Part shown: one piece after another, positions 44,781-59,047 of the stretch
Layout of the letters: each line of letters opens with the position of its first letter
Position numbering within the stretch: the stretch's first letter is position 1
DNA from: the human T2T-CHM13v2.0 reference genome, Homo sapiens
Assembly: GCF_009914755.1 (NCBI RefSeq)
Contig: NC_060936.1
Strand: one strand, 5' to 3'
DNA: 64,000 bases
Notes under the pieces: generated by a model
Seen by the model: the letters and a program-made list of their open reading frames with translations, nothing else
The model's database searches: none
What the model was told of the DNA's origin: nothing
Translations under genes and position numbers: made by a program

Positions 44781-45084
<304 letters not shown>

Positions 45085-45585
45085 CTATGGTTTTCTGAAG
45101 GAAAAAAGGTAAACTGAGGCACAATAACATTTCTTTTTTAAAGACTGAGTAAGAAGTTTGAGTAATTGATAAATTGGGAGACACCAAACCATGAGAGGTT
45201 TAATGTTCCCATGACATATCATCAGGGCAAGTATTTACTGGGTTTATGTGGAAGCAAATAAAAAAATTATTTGATTGCAATTATACAGTTGCTTTCTTTG
45301 GTCTATCCGGTTGGAAAATTTCTAGTTATATAGTTATAAGTTTCTTGGCTACTTCTGATTGATTGAGCTTAAGTTCTGTTTTTCCTTAATAGCAGGCACT
45401 TACAAGAAATAGCTCAAGTTAAGTTTTACCCATGTTTGCAAATCAAGCAAGATTTAGGTCACTTATGAGACGTAACTGGTTTTGTTTGCCCAGATTCTTT
45501 AGGTCTGATATTCATTTTAGTTTAACAGTTTCCCTCTTTTGGTCAACCTTTTGGCAATCTGAGAGTGTGACCAAATGCTATAGCA

Positions 45586-46175
45586 TTACTTATGGTTGTC
45601 ACTATTGATGTAGTCACTGGAACAAAGAGTCATGTAGATACAATCATCATCAATAATTGCATTGGGATGAGAGGTCACATAGTCATTGTTATCAAAAACT
45701 GCAAAGTCACTGTAGGCGTTGGTGGTTGGGTTGTTGAGTTCTGCATGTTGTCTAATCCTGATGGCAATCATTTGATGTGTGAGTAGCTGCTGGAAAGCAT
45801 TCAAAACCTTTGAGAGGATACAACACACTAGGGAGGTGAATATAATGAAAAGAGTGACAAAAATAGCCAAGGATTAAAAAAATTCCTGAGGCAGATATTC
45901 CCAGGAACCAAGAATTAACCAACTAAATAAATCAATGGAGGAGGCAGCACCTATCTAGCAAGAGACTTATATTTGTTTCTTAAGAGTCTTTAAATTTTGA
46001 GCAACCATTTCTAATTTATTAACACAGAAGCAACTTTTTTTTTTTTTTATCAATAACAGCATACACTCCTCCTTATTGGGCTGTTAAGGTAGCAAGAACT
46101 TCTATTTTGAAGTACTATTGCAGTTAAATTGTTCATTTCAGATTGTATTGCTTGAAAGGAATTCAAAGTATTGTT
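45586..46175 (-). pseudogene. env: Disrupted retroviral env TM subunit relic (heptad, ISD, CX6CC region, membrane anchor, tail)
   Basis: Minus-strand translation EMNNLTAIVLQNR/VLATLTAQ*GGVYAVIDK../CFCVNKLEMV, then DLFSWLILGSWG and LAIFVTLFIIFTSLVCCILSKVLNA; frameshifts and stops present. Confidence 0.8.
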
Positions 46176-46748
46176 CTATGAAAACAAAATAAAAACAAAG
46201 GTTTATATTTGGAGCAAATTATGTTCTTGGTTTTTGAGGCCGTAGGGTAGTGAGTCAAGACATCTAGATTCGAGTTTGAACCATCCTTAGATGGTGGAAT
46301 GAGGATGGCAGTTGGATGTCTTTGGTTATGTCATCGGGGGGTGTTCCGGTAAACTCTCTTAAGCATCCTGTGTAGCAGCAGGTCTGAAGGTCATCCATGC
46401 ATGATCTATTGAAGTGATTTTCTGAAGCTGAAAGTCATCAAGTTTCAGCATTCAGGAAACTTGAATGCCCTTGGGAGAAGGGCAGTTTTAGATTTTAGTG
46501 AAACTAGAAAATTTTGAGATTCAATCCCATTAACAGATGCATAACAAAACCTTAAAGAAAAATAAACAGAAGTAGAATCTGCTAATGGGTGTACTATGGC
46601 TTTCTCCTTTTATATAGTCACTTCCATTATGCCAGAATAATCACAGTATGATTAATTTCTCTTTTACAAAATAAGTAAACTTCACCTGATTATTTACATA
46701 AGTGAAAGAAGAATAGTAAGGCTATATATATTTTAAAATATTATTTTA

Positions 46749-47059
<311 letters not shown>

Positions 47060-48742
47060 TTATTTTAGCCAAATCTTTGGTAACACCAAAGGAACATTAT
47101 TGACTTTGTATCAGTCAACTTAGTTTTTAAAAACTATCTGGTAATAAGAAATCTTAAGATAGACCTTAAAAACCTCTCTAGGCTAAGAAGCCAAGCCAAG
47201 GACCTGCCTAATTATGTCTTGTTACAAGAAGAATAGATTTTTATTGAACCTATGCCAACCTCCATATTGTAATAAAGATAAAAATATTTAATAAGAGTTT
47301 CCAAATTCTGGAGCAATCAGGCAGGAATAAAATTGTAAATGTTCCATTTTTGTTTTCAAAAGCACATTTTATCAAATTGCTGTAACTTATAGAAAGCTTA
47401 AGAGAAAAGAAAAAATAGTTCCTTAAATATGAAAAATAAGACATTAAGGAACCAGCAATGTTTTAAACAAAAAGTTATACAAATTATAATTATTTTCACC
47501 AGTTAACTCAGTCCCATAACATTTATTTTTGTTTTGTTTGATCTTAAGTTTTATGAGTCCATCAGTTTTTTTAATTACAGTTCTCAAAATTCTTACCTAG
47601 TCCAATAGCATAATCTTAAAGTTATCTGAAGCATGTACTTATCAGAATATTTTTAATTAAACTTTTGCGATTTTGTATCATACAACTGACAAAGAAATGT
47701 AGTTGTTTTGGTGACATACATTTTAACATAATAATTAGAATTATTACTGGTATCAATATACCAGGATATATCAGGTTTTTAGAAATTTCATATAATTTCT
47801 GGGTACTCATATCAGTAACAAACATAACTTGAAGAAGTTTTAACATCACTTATTATCTGACAATGCTTCACATGCAATTCAATGTATCAAAAAAGCTTAA
47901 TTAACATCTCTTTGTTCATGGAGAAATAAATAAGACTTTTGAGATATTTCAGGGATGCTTCTGGAGACTCCTAAGTTAATTTAAGTTCAAAATGACTTAA
48001 TTTAGAATTTGATTTTTGGAAGCTGTCAAAAAATATCAAAAAGAATCATGAAGAGATTTACTATTTGATGTATCTTTGGGGAAAAAGATATCAAAAGGTT
48101 TAAGACGCTTGATTAAACGATCACAGGCCACTGTGAAACAATACTAAAGTGATAAAAAGTTTTGAAAGCAAATACAGGAAGTTAAACACTTATTTAAAAA
48201 ACTTACCTCCTTTCAATATCTAATGAAAGACAATATGAAGCATTAAAAATTATCATGATAAAACATGAAATCTTTGTTTTCTAGTGCAATTGCTTAAAGA
48301 TAAAATAAAGTTCATAATCAGGAGCAGATCAGTGCTTCAAAAAAAAACCTTTATCCTTTCAACAGAGGGAAACCAAATTCAAATTTATATTCCTACATTA
48401 TCAAGCTTTTTATTTTAAAATCAACCTTATAAATAAAATCCATCTAATCTCTGTAATTCGACCACATGTAAGATTCCTTTATTCCAGACCTTCTGCAGCT
48501 TTCTATATCTATTCAGTTTTTGTCTTTCCTCTTTTTTATCCTAGAACAATCAGTTATCTTGCCTTAAGGCAAACTTACTTTCTATTTTTTCCTTAATGAA
48601 AACACACATCTTTTATACATTTCCTTATTAACAGCACATCCTACTTTTTTGTACATTTTTTCATATATAGCTTTTTTCTTCTCATCGTTACAATTTCTAC
48701 TAGTTTTAATTATACATACTAATTAAAATTCTTAACCCTTAG

Positions 48743-49175
48743 TGCACTCCTTTTTTCCCTTTTTCCTTTCTGCCTTTGTTAAATGCCCAGGCACACCACA
48801 GTACCAGGCGTTACTGGTACCAGTTCACATTCCTTTCCTTATTTAAAAAAAAACTAACTTTCCAGCTCATTAAAACACCCCTTCCCCTTTCCTCTCTCTT
48901 TCTTTTATGTGCCCACCTTATCTAAAAAAACCCAAATGTTTAGCCAACCAAAATTAGTTTAAATTATACGACCTGACCACGGCCAATAAAAAAAAAAAAA
49001 TACAAGAGCCAGACTTGCATCAAAAATAAAGGCTCTTGTGCCCCTTTGTTCAAGTGTGCTCTTATGGCAACTGGCCAAAAAAAAAAAAACACCCCTCGGT
49101 GCAAAAATAAAATTACTTTGCTAAAAATCCTCTAAGTGTTCAATTTCCTTAAAAATTTAAGCATTATTCCCAACA
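48743..49175 (+). mobile_element. LTR10B-like (HERV-I group) solo LTR, G-to-A hypermutated, antisense inside the provirus
   Basis: TG...CA ends, perfect 5-bp flanking repeat cttag (48738-48742, 49176-49180), ccaat box, 3' end ttattcccaaca; family call from recalled consensus. Confidence 0.8.
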
Positions 49176-49789
49176 CTTAGTAATCTTAATTTTTATCAAA
49201 ATGAGGCAGTACATTATTTCATAGTTTTAAAATAGCATATGTTTTCTCATAGCACAGAACATGCTTACCAGCAGACCCAAATATCTCAAGTTCCTATTTA
49301 ATAAGAAGCCAAGAATACACAATCTTAAATTAATGTTCAGGAATTATTTTAGTAGTTTATCTTATTTGGACATGATTTAGATATTTAATGAATAGCTATC
49401 ATTTAAATTAGCTTAGTATAATTTTAAGGTTTCAAGTTTTCAAAAAGATTTTGGAAACTGTCTTCAGGCAGACATAACATTAAACAAAATTTCTTGTAAC
49501 CTCTGATTGTTTTCCTTATTGATAAATTTTGTAACAGAGATAATATGAGCTTATTTCACTAGGAAAGCTAGGTAAAATATCCATTTTTTTAACTAAATCA
49601 TCAATATTCTTATTTATTAAACATTACTCAAGTCATGTGAACTTAAAAATTATTCGGATTAGTTTCTTTTCTAAGAAAATAATTTATATAGCTGCTTATT
49701 TTTTAAGTCAATTACATACAGATCTTTTAATATTTAATATTATTTCTAAAAAATCATATATAGGTAGTATAATAAATAGTTGATTAATA

Positions 49790-49985
49790 TATAAATTATT
49801 AAATATATAATATATATTTAATAATTTATATATAATAATATTTATATATAATATTTATTACATATAAATATTACATATATATTTAATATTTATTACATAT
49901 AAATATTACATATATATTTAATATTTATTACATATAAATATTACATATATATTTAATATTTATATATAATATATATTACATATAA
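49790..49985. repeat. AT-rich minisatellite with three perfect 35-bp units (49851-49955)
   Basis: (atatttattacatataaatattacatatatattta)x3 within a TA-rich tract. Confidence 0.95.
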
Positions 49986-51258
49986 ATAACATACACAGAT
50001 AATCATACACAAACATACAGATGGAACCAGAAATTCATGGCTTCTGTTCTAAAGTGTTAGCCATGTGTCAGTGACAATAATATAAAACTCACTAATTGGA
50101 TCCAAATCAAGTCTCTGGCAATTAAAGTTACTTGTTCAAATGGCTAAAGCTTTTCATTAATATTTGTGGGATGGACTTTCAAGGTTTTTCACTTGCCAGT
50201 TAATTTCTAAAAAATTTTATCTTTTTTTTCTTCTTTTGAGTCTTTTCTCTAAATTTAGCCTGCATTTTAAAGATCTAAACATCTCAAAGGCACAAAGAAA
50301 GGATATTAAGTTTTCTCCAAGATGGAGTTTTGGGGCAAAGCTGCCTATTATCAGGTGTCAATATTATTGAGACTGGAGTACAGTTAGGTGAGTGACTTAG
50401 AATGGAGGAACTAGAATGGAGGAGAGATCCATTCTATTTTCAATTAGTCTTTATCGTTTTTAGCCTTAGGCAGTTGCTTTTATAATAGTTTGGAATTGTG
50501 TGCAAGACCAAAAGTTAAACTGAGTTTTTGCAGATGCTTTTGGTTCATCTGATAATCTAATTTTTTAAAAAAGTTGGTGTTAGGGAGGTTTAAATAGAAA
50601 AGGCAAGAAATCAAACAAGTTAAAAGATTCAGAATAATTTTTTATGAGTGTGCTGTAGTCTGTCCTTTAGGAGCCTCTGTATACCCATTGAAAAATGTGT
50701 CTCATTGTTTTGGAGGCTTTGGGGATCCCTTTTCATTTCTTAATGTGCTCATAGATGAATAGTTGTATCTAGAATAAAACTTCCCCCATTGTGGCCACTG
50801 TAACTCTAAGTCATCTTCCTGAGATACAACAGTTCTATAAAAAGTAATAGGTTCTGGGTCCACAATTTCTGAACATATAATTAGCTGAAGTTCCAGACAG
50901 ACGAGTCCGAGACTCACTAGATTCTGACAAACCTATAATACACTGTCCTTCTAAAATTTTACTTACTAAGGCCTCCAAGTGGACTCTTTCTGGTTTCTGT
51001 CAAACACCCTGTTTGACCTGTTGGACATCTAACACAAATTTCTCAGATTCCAATTTGGATTACAGACTAGTCTAGAAACTAGTGCACTAGCCTGGACCTA
51101 GTCCAGTTCCTTCTGAACACTCATTTTGTCCCCAGAATCCAAACTGAAATAAAATTATTCAAACAAACTCAGAGATCTCAGGACACAAATTGCAGAGCTT
51201 CAAATCTAAGAGGGACTTACTCATGACCCCCAGAGGCGGTAAGAAAACACTGAGCACC

Positions 51259-51616
<358 letters not shown>

Positions 51617-51656
51617 TTACTTATTGCTCCTGGGAGTTGATGACGGTCTCCTTCAG

Positions 51657-51676
51657 ATCCCACTTTTCTGACACCA
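51657..51676 (-). other. Retroviral primer-binding site, tRNA-Leu(CAA)-type
   Basis: Minus strand tggtgtcagaaaagtgggat, about 3 nt after the 5' LTR; complementary to the tRNA-Leu 3' end ATCCCACTTCTGACACCA with a 2-nt insertion. Confidence 0.8.
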
Positions 51677-51902
51677 AACTCTTAAAAAGGTAAACTGAGG
51701 CACAATACTTTTTTAAGAGTTAATTTGAGTAAGAAGTAATTTATGAATTGGGTAACACCAAACCAAGAGAGGCTTAATGGGCTGATGACAGATTGTCAGA
51801 GGAAAGTATGGAGTAAATGCAGAAAGAAAATAAAGTATTTGATTAGTTGCAATTATACAGTTGTCTCCTTTAGTATCTCCAGTTAGAAAGCTCCTAGTTA
51901 TC

Positions 51903-52209
51903 AGTTGGGCGAGGTGGCTCACGCCTGTAATCCCAGCACTTTGGGAGGCTGAGGCGGGCAGATCACCTGAGGTCGGCAGTTTGAGACCAGCCTGACCAAC
52001 ATGGAGAAACCCTGTCTCTACTAAAAATACAAAATTAGCTGGGCGTGGTGGCGCATGCCAGTAATCCCAGCTACTCTGGAGGCTGAGGCAGGAGAATCGC
52101 TTGAACCGAGAGGCAGAGGTTGCAGTGAGACGAGATCGTGCCATTGCACTCCAGCCTGGGCAACGAGTAAAATTCTGTCTCAAAAAAATAAAAATAAATA
52201 AATAAAAAA
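51903..52209 (+). mobile_element. AluSp inserted in the 5' LTR
   Basis: gaggtcgg, ctgaccaacatggagaaaccc, gcgcatgcc, ccattgcac; TSD core gctcctagtt. Confidence 0.94.
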
Positions 52210-53189
52210 TGCTCCTAGTTCTCTAACTATGAGCTTGTTGACTAGTTCTTAAAAGTTCTGCTTTTCCTTAATATAGGCATTTACAAGAAAAAGCTCAAGT
52301 TAAGTTTCACTTATGTTTGCAAATCAAGCAAGGTTTAGCTCCCCTGTGAGGCCTAATTGTTTGCTCAGAGATTCTTCAAGCCTGATCTTCATTTTAATTT
52401 ACTGTAAAACCTATCATCTAAGAAAAACAATTAACAGGAAAGAAATTAGGTTTTTTTTGCATTTATAAGATCATCTATAGCTACATCACCATTTTACAAT
52501 ATTCTATTGCTAAAGAAATATATTGACCCAAATTAAGTTAATTGGGTGAAAGTTCCGAGCTAGTGAAAGTTCCAAGTATCAATCCCAGATCCTTGAAGAC
52601 AGCAAGTCAAGATAGCAGAGGAGCAACTTGGTTTCTTTCCCAATGTTTAATTTTTTTCTCCATTTATTATCATCAATACAGATTAGTTTAATGCTCACTG
52701 TGTACCTGGCACAAACTGTGTGTAAATGAAAACAGATTCTAGTATTAGCAGCAGGAGTTACAGGAAGAAATGAGATGATAAACAATGCTGCAATGTGTAA
52801 CCAAACAAATTTAAACTGAAAATGTGACCTGCCTTGGATATCTCTCATGAAGTTGACAGCAAGGTGGAAGATTTTCCGTTAAAAAAGAATCCAACAAGTA
52901 AAAAGAAAAGAAGAAAGTGAAATTGAGTTTTGAATGTATTTTGAAGATGGAGGAGAGAGAATACCTAAAGAATGGGAGACGGCAGGAAAACCATTATTTT
53001 GTAAGGTAAACAAGAAGAAAGGAAAAGTTGGATTGCCAGTTTTGAAGGGCATTTGAAGTGGACATAATAATGTTATTTTTGGCCAAACTGTCTTGTAATT
53101 AAATGTATATTTCAACCTGAAGTGTATGTGAGTTTCCTCAGCTGCACATCCTTACCAAGATTTGATATGATCATCCTTTTTAAATTCTG

Positions 53190-53870
53190 CCAGTTTCTGC
53201 CTGGAGACCCTTCAAGATATTCTACATATATAATTATTTCATCTTCAGATAATGGTGGTTTTATTTATTCTTTTCCTATCCTTATACTACTTATAATTTT
53301 TCTTACTTCATTGTTGTCAGCTATTGAATATTGCTGGTGATAGTGGGTTTTGTTTTCTTACTTTTAAAAAATGAATACTTCCACATTTTATTGCATAATT
53401 TTCCTATACCTATTGAAGTTAGAAAATATTTTGTTATTAATGTGGAGAATTATATTATTTGATTTTCTGAGTTATACCAACATTGTTTTTCTGGGGTAAA
53501 ATTTAACTTGAATATATTTACACACACGGAAACACATATTAGTGGATTTGTTATACTAAAATTCTGTTTAAGGCTTTTGTACCTATGGTAATAAGATGAA
53601 TCTATAAATTTACATTCTCATATTGTCCTTGTTATATTTTTATATTTTGTTTTAGCTACATGATAAAATTGAGTTAGGGGCTGTTTCTTGTTTTTTCATT
53701 ATCTGAAATGATGTAAGGTTGGCATTATTTCCTCACTGAATGTTATAGGACTTGCTGGAAACTCTCTGGGATAGAAGTTTTTTGGGTTTTTTGTAAGATG
53801 ATAATTTGACATATAAAATGATAAACTATAATGGTAGATTTCCTTATGCAAACAATCCTTACATTGTTGG
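53190..53870 (-). mobile_element. Old L1ME fragment
   Basis: Decayed antisense L1 ORF2 motifs (taatggtggttttatttattcttttcctatccttatac...tggtgatagtggg). Confidence 0.55.
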
Positions 53871-53884
53871 ATTTAACACCACTG

Positions 53885-54510
53885 ACCAATCAGCATTTGA
53901 TCAGGGAAGTGGAACAATTATGACTGATAAGTACTAAGGGATGTATTACAAGGAGTACATAAGGGAGAAGCTGAGCAAGTAAGGTCTGGAAGGAGACATT
54001 TTAGATAAGTCATTAACCAGTGAATCCAGAGGGAAGCAGGTAAAGGAGTCTAGGGAAGGCTACTGTCCTGTGTCTGGGGATGGGCCACAATCCACTGTAG
54101 GTTGGCAGGGCTGACTGTGGAAGAAAATCAGGCAAGAGTTGGGAAAATTGAAACCTAGGATTATGATCAGCAACCCATGAATATAAATCTACATCTGTCA
54201 TTCGCCATCTTTAAAATGGATTATGGGGAGATTTGCGGAAAAATCTGCATTTGGTCCAGGACTCAGAGTCTGAAGGAGGAGATCAGTTGGAGCTGGAGGA
54301 TCTGCAGAAAATGAGCCAGTGGGTGAAACAGCAGCACCTGAATCCCGACAATGATTTTCAGAGAGTAATGACTGCTGCTTCTCTTCTGCCTCCCAAATCT
54401 CATGCAGATTTCTCTTGTGGTCAATCTTGGACCAGAACCATAAGGGGGCGGGGCGGGGGTGGAATCCTGGGAAATGTAGTTCCAGTTTAAGTAAATTAGC
54501 AATAAAAAAC
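53885..54510. mobile_element. Ancient LTR-like element (family not resolved)
   Basis: cctcccaaatctcatgcagatttctcttgtgg...ctgggaaatgtagttcc, a motif I recall from old LTR families. Confidence 0.35.
54444..54481. promoter_or_regulatory. Tandem GC boxes next to a ZNF143-type motif
   Basis: gggggcggggcgggggtgg, then ctgggaaatgtagtt (ACTACAnnTCCCAG on minus). Confidence 0.3.
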
Positions 54511-55584
54511 CAAAACACTTCAGTTAGCTTAAAAATACATATACAAATATTTCCTTTAAAATTTTTAATTTATATTTAGCAGTAATATTTGTGCATAATT
54601 TTAGAATTTTTTTCAGGTTTTATTATCAACATACACAATTGTTGTAATAGAATAGTGAGGTTGTATTTCATCTTTAGTCTCCAAATTAATGTATCAAAAA
54701 TATGCTGACTTATGTACATTCCATGTAGATATGGAATCGTTGCTAAAACAAAAGAAGAAAATTGACAGAGAATGGTGTTTTCTTTTTTGAGGAGTATTTA
54801 CTTGACAACATCCTTAATTTAAAAAATTGTTCTCTTTGGCTTTTTGATGAACCATCTTCTCTTAATCAATTTTGTTAATTTATATATTCCTTACAAATCA
54901 GTCATTTAATCTGTTTTGAATTGGTTAGCATAAAAAGAACTGATTTATATTAATCTTTTGTCCTTATCTCTGTCTTTGATAATACATTATTTTTTCAACA
55001 AATATACAATAATTATATTATCATCTTTTTCTCTTTTCTCTAGATTAAGCTAACAAGTCAACTATCTCTTTTATTGATATACTCAAAGAACTAATTCTTA
55101 GATTTTTTTTGAAATTTATTTTTCATATTTTTCTAGTTTATGAACTTTTCAGTTTAACATATTTCTTCTACTTCCTGTATGTTTTTGTTATTTGGGTGGC
55201 TTGGAAGAAAAGAAAGGTATGTTTTTTTACGATTGTGTATGCTTTTTACTTCATATTTACAATTGTATATTTTTTTACTTTAGCTTATTTGTTTTTATAT
55301 AGCAATTAAGTGATAAAATTTTTATCTTTCTCATTTCAGTAATCCCTAAATCTCATAATTTATGAAATGTAATATGTTCATGGACTTATGTCTCAAATAT
55401 TGTGAAAATATTAATGTTGCTATTCTTTTTTATCCAAGAATGACCCCTACTGTTGTTATATAATCCAATTGTTATTGCAGTGTGTTTATAAAATGTGTCA
55501 GCAGTCCTACTGCTGATGTTTTAAAATCGTGGTGGACCTAAGTAAACGCTTTATTTTATTTATTCTACATCCTAAGTTTTTAAT

Positions 55585-56690
55585 AATTAAAAATTTTTAT
55601 ATTAAAGTATAATATACCTACAGTAAAGTACACAAATCATGAATACAGATTCATGACATTTTTAAATATGTATACAACTGTGTAACCACCCCTCATCAAC
55701 CTAGAGAAAATTTTCAGTATCCCAAAGGCTCTTCAATATTCCTTTCCAGTCAGCAACTACCATTCCCACAAAGATGTAGCCCCTCTGACTTCTATCATTA
55801 TGGATTAATTTAGCCTAGTCTTGAGCTTCTTTCCTTGACCCAAATTGTAAACTCTCCTTCTTTTTTGGCCTTGCTTCTTTTGTTCAACATTTACCCCTGT
55901 TATTGCCTGTAGTAGTAGTTTGTTCCATTATATCATTGTGTGATATTCCATTATAAGAACTACTACAACTTATTTATCCATTCAATAGTTGATGGTGATA
56001 TGCTTCAAATGTTTTTCTTCTTTGAAAGTAATGTTGAAACTTAATCCCCATTATGAGAGTTGGGGCCTTTAATAGCTGATTGGGTCATGAGGACAGAGTC
56101 TTCATGAATGGATTAAGCCATTCATGGATTAATAAATTAATGGATTAATGGGTTATCATGGTAGTGGGATAGTTATCACAAGAGTTAAGTTTGTTATAAA
56201 AGCCAGTTTGGCTCATGCTGTGGCCCCTTTGCCATGTGACGTCTTGTGCCACTTTGGGACTCTGCAGAGTCTTCACCAGCAGAAGGTCCTCAAGGGATGT
56301 TGCCCCTTGACCTTGTGTTTCCCAGCTTCCAGAACTGTAATAAATAAATTTATTTTCTTTATAAATTATTCAGTCTCAAGTGTTCAGTTATAGCAATGGA
56401 TAGTCCAATAAAACAGATGGGCATTTGAGTCATCTCAGTGTTTGGCTATTATGAATAAAGCTTTGGATAATCCTATGCATCTTTTTGAGCGGGTCATATA
56501 TACTCATATTTCTTAGTTCTATACCTGAGAGAAACTTCTATCATAGGTTAGAAATATATTTGACTTTAGTCAATACTGTCAAACTGTTCCTCAAAGTGGT
56601 TGTACCAATATATGCTTTGGCAGCAGTATATTAGATCTCGAGTTTCTGAACATCATCAACAAATCTCGATATTGTCTATGTTTATTTTTC
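55585..56690 (-). mobile_element. L1M (MB/MC/MD-type) 3' fragment interrupted by an MST LTR
   Basis: tttttatattaaagtataatatacctacagtaaagtacacaaatc...ttatttatccattc...gatgggcatttgag...ttggctattatgaataaagct. Confidence 0.8.
55996..56415 (+). mobile_element. MST (MSTC-like) MaLR solo LTR
   Basis: TG...CA ends, repeated atggattaa motifs, gggactctgcagag; perfect 5-bp TSD gatgg. Confidence 0.9.
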
Positions 56691-56869
56691 CCACAACATC
56701 TAATATTTACTGGGCACTTACCATGTGCTAGGTATTATACAAAATACATCCTTATTTGTATACAAAATACCAAAAGAATCCATTTGTATACAAAAAAATG
56801 CATTCCATTCAGTCCTCAAAGTAGTCCCATAGAGTAGTATTATTCAAACCTTTTTATTGTTGCTCTTGT

Positions 56870-59030
56870 CTTCAGTGATATTTTATTGAGGTATAACTTA
56901 CATAGAATTACATTAAATGTAATTTTACATATAAAATACATTTTCTCTATCAAAATAAAGAAAATTTCATTACCCAGGAAGGCTTTCTTTTGCTGTGCTC
57001 CAACCTGTCAGTACCCAAACTAGCAAGCATAAGGACTATTCTGAATACGATCACTAAAAATTAATTTTGCCTATTTTTGAAATTTATATAAATGAATCAT
57101 ACAGTATGTACTCTTTTGTGTCTGATGCCTTTCACTGAGCTTTGTCTTTGAGATTCAAAAATGTTGCTGAGTTCATTCTTTTATTGTGTTGGCATAATAG
57201 TTTATTCTTTTTTATTTCTATGTAGTATTCCACTGTATGAACATTATTCTAAAATATGTTTGCCCACTCTATGATGAGGAGAACATAGGTTAATTCCATT
57301 ATGAGGCTATTACAAAGCCACTGTGAACATTACTGACTATGCCTTTCAGTTGAAACTTACCTTATGGAGTGTATACTCATGAGTGCAATTGCTGATTAGA
57401 GGGCATTTATAGGTTTAGTTGTATATAATAGCAAAGATTTTTCAAAATCAGTTGAACCAATTTGCACCTCTATTGATATAGACCTCCAATTGCTCAAAAT
57501 CTTTGTCAGCACTTGATATTATCAGTCTTTTTAATTTTAGCAATTCTGATGGGAATACAGTGGTATTACATTATGGCTTAGTTTGCATTTTCTGATGACT
57601 AATGTTGAGCATCCATTTATATGTTAACTAGCCATTTTTGTATAGTTTTTCATTAAATGCCTGTTGAAGATCCTTTGGCAAATTTCAATTAGGTTGGTCT
57701 GTGTTGTGAATTTTTTCTCCCATTTTGTTGCTTGACTTTTTACTGTCTTAATTTTATGAAATGCAGTTTATCACCATTTTCTTTTGTGGTTAGTGCTTTT
57801 CACATCCTATCGACTACTTTGTGTTTGTGAAGATGTATTTCTATATTTTTTTATTTAAGTTTTAATATTTCACCATCTACATTTAAGTCTTTCATGCCTT
57901 GAATTGTGTATGGTGTGAGAGGGAAGTCAAGGGTCATCTTCTATGTGGTTATCTAATTGTTCCTGCATCATTTATTTAAAAAGATTAACTTTTCTACCCT
58001 GATTTGTAGTGGCATCTTGTAAATAAGGTGAGCATATATGCATTCATCTACTTTAATATTATTCTATTTCATTTGTTTGTTATGATAATGTTACACAAAT
58101 ACCACACTGGCTCAATGACTGCAACTTTATAGTAAGTTTTGTTATTTGATAGTATGGCTCTCCAACTTGTTCCTCAAGATTTTCTTGACTATTCTTGACT
58201 ATTTCCATATATATTTTTGTATTGGCTTGGGAGTTTCCACAATAATAAGTCTTTAATTTAAAAATAACAAATAAATGAGATCATAAAATAAAATCAAACT
58301 TGGATTTGAGTGGAGTTACAGTGAGTCTACAGATTAACTTGGGGAAAATTGAAATTTTAACATTATTGAATTTTCCAATCCATGCACGTCATATATTTCT
58401 CAATTTATTTGCTTTTAAAAATTCTTTTCTCAATTTTTTTTAGTTTTAAATGCAGAAGTATTGCACATCTTTGCTAGATTTAGTATTAGATATAGAATTT
58501 TTATACTACTGTAAATGTTTAAACTTTTACTTATAAACATCAAAAGTCAAACATTTTATTGTAAATGTTTATATTTTGTTTCATTTTCTATTTGATCTTT
58601 TTCTTTTATATAAAAATACAATTAAATTTTATGTAATGATATTCTATTCTATAATCTTGTTATACTTATTAATCCTAGATCATATTTAAAGATTCATTTT
58701 TAAAATGCAAAATTATGTGCTCTTCCTTTCCAATCTTCATAATTGTATTGCTTTTCTTCTTTTTTTGCCTTATTGAACCATTTAGAACTTCTAGTACAAT
58801 ACTGAATAAATGTGGTGATAGTAGAACTTGAAAAATTATGTCTTCTGCAGTTGTTAGTATAAATTACATTAAGTTGGCAACATCATGCTATACAAATCTT
58901 TATATATTTACTGATTTTTACTTGTGCTTTATTGTTGTGTCTGAGAGAGCTAAGATAAAGTATCCAACTATAGCTGAGTATTTGTCTATTTCTCTTTTTA
59001 TTTCTGTCAATATTTTTCTCCATCAGATTA
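56870..59030 (-). mobile_element. L1M (MC/MD-type) 3' and ORF2 fragments
   Basis: ttttattgaggtataacttacat...atcatacagtatgtactcttttgtgtctg...tttgcattttctgatgactaat...ttttccaatccatg. Confidence 0.8.
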
Positions 59031-59047
59031 AAGATTATATAGATATT

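Noticed and set aside
45586-45870. 94-aa hydrophobic ORF as a novel membrane protein
   Set aside because: It is the anchor and tail of the disrupted env; it starts at a non-ATG codon and the upstream frame has stops.
51657-51676. tRNA-Leu gene fragment
   Set aside because: Only the 3' ~18 nt including CCA are present, next to an LTR, so it is a PBS and not a tRNA gene.
51713-52183. 156-aa ORF and similar ORFs at 18061, 23551, 26796, 28134, 44849, 62245 and 63478
   Set aside because: They are standard antisense Alu translations ([24 protein letters not shown]).
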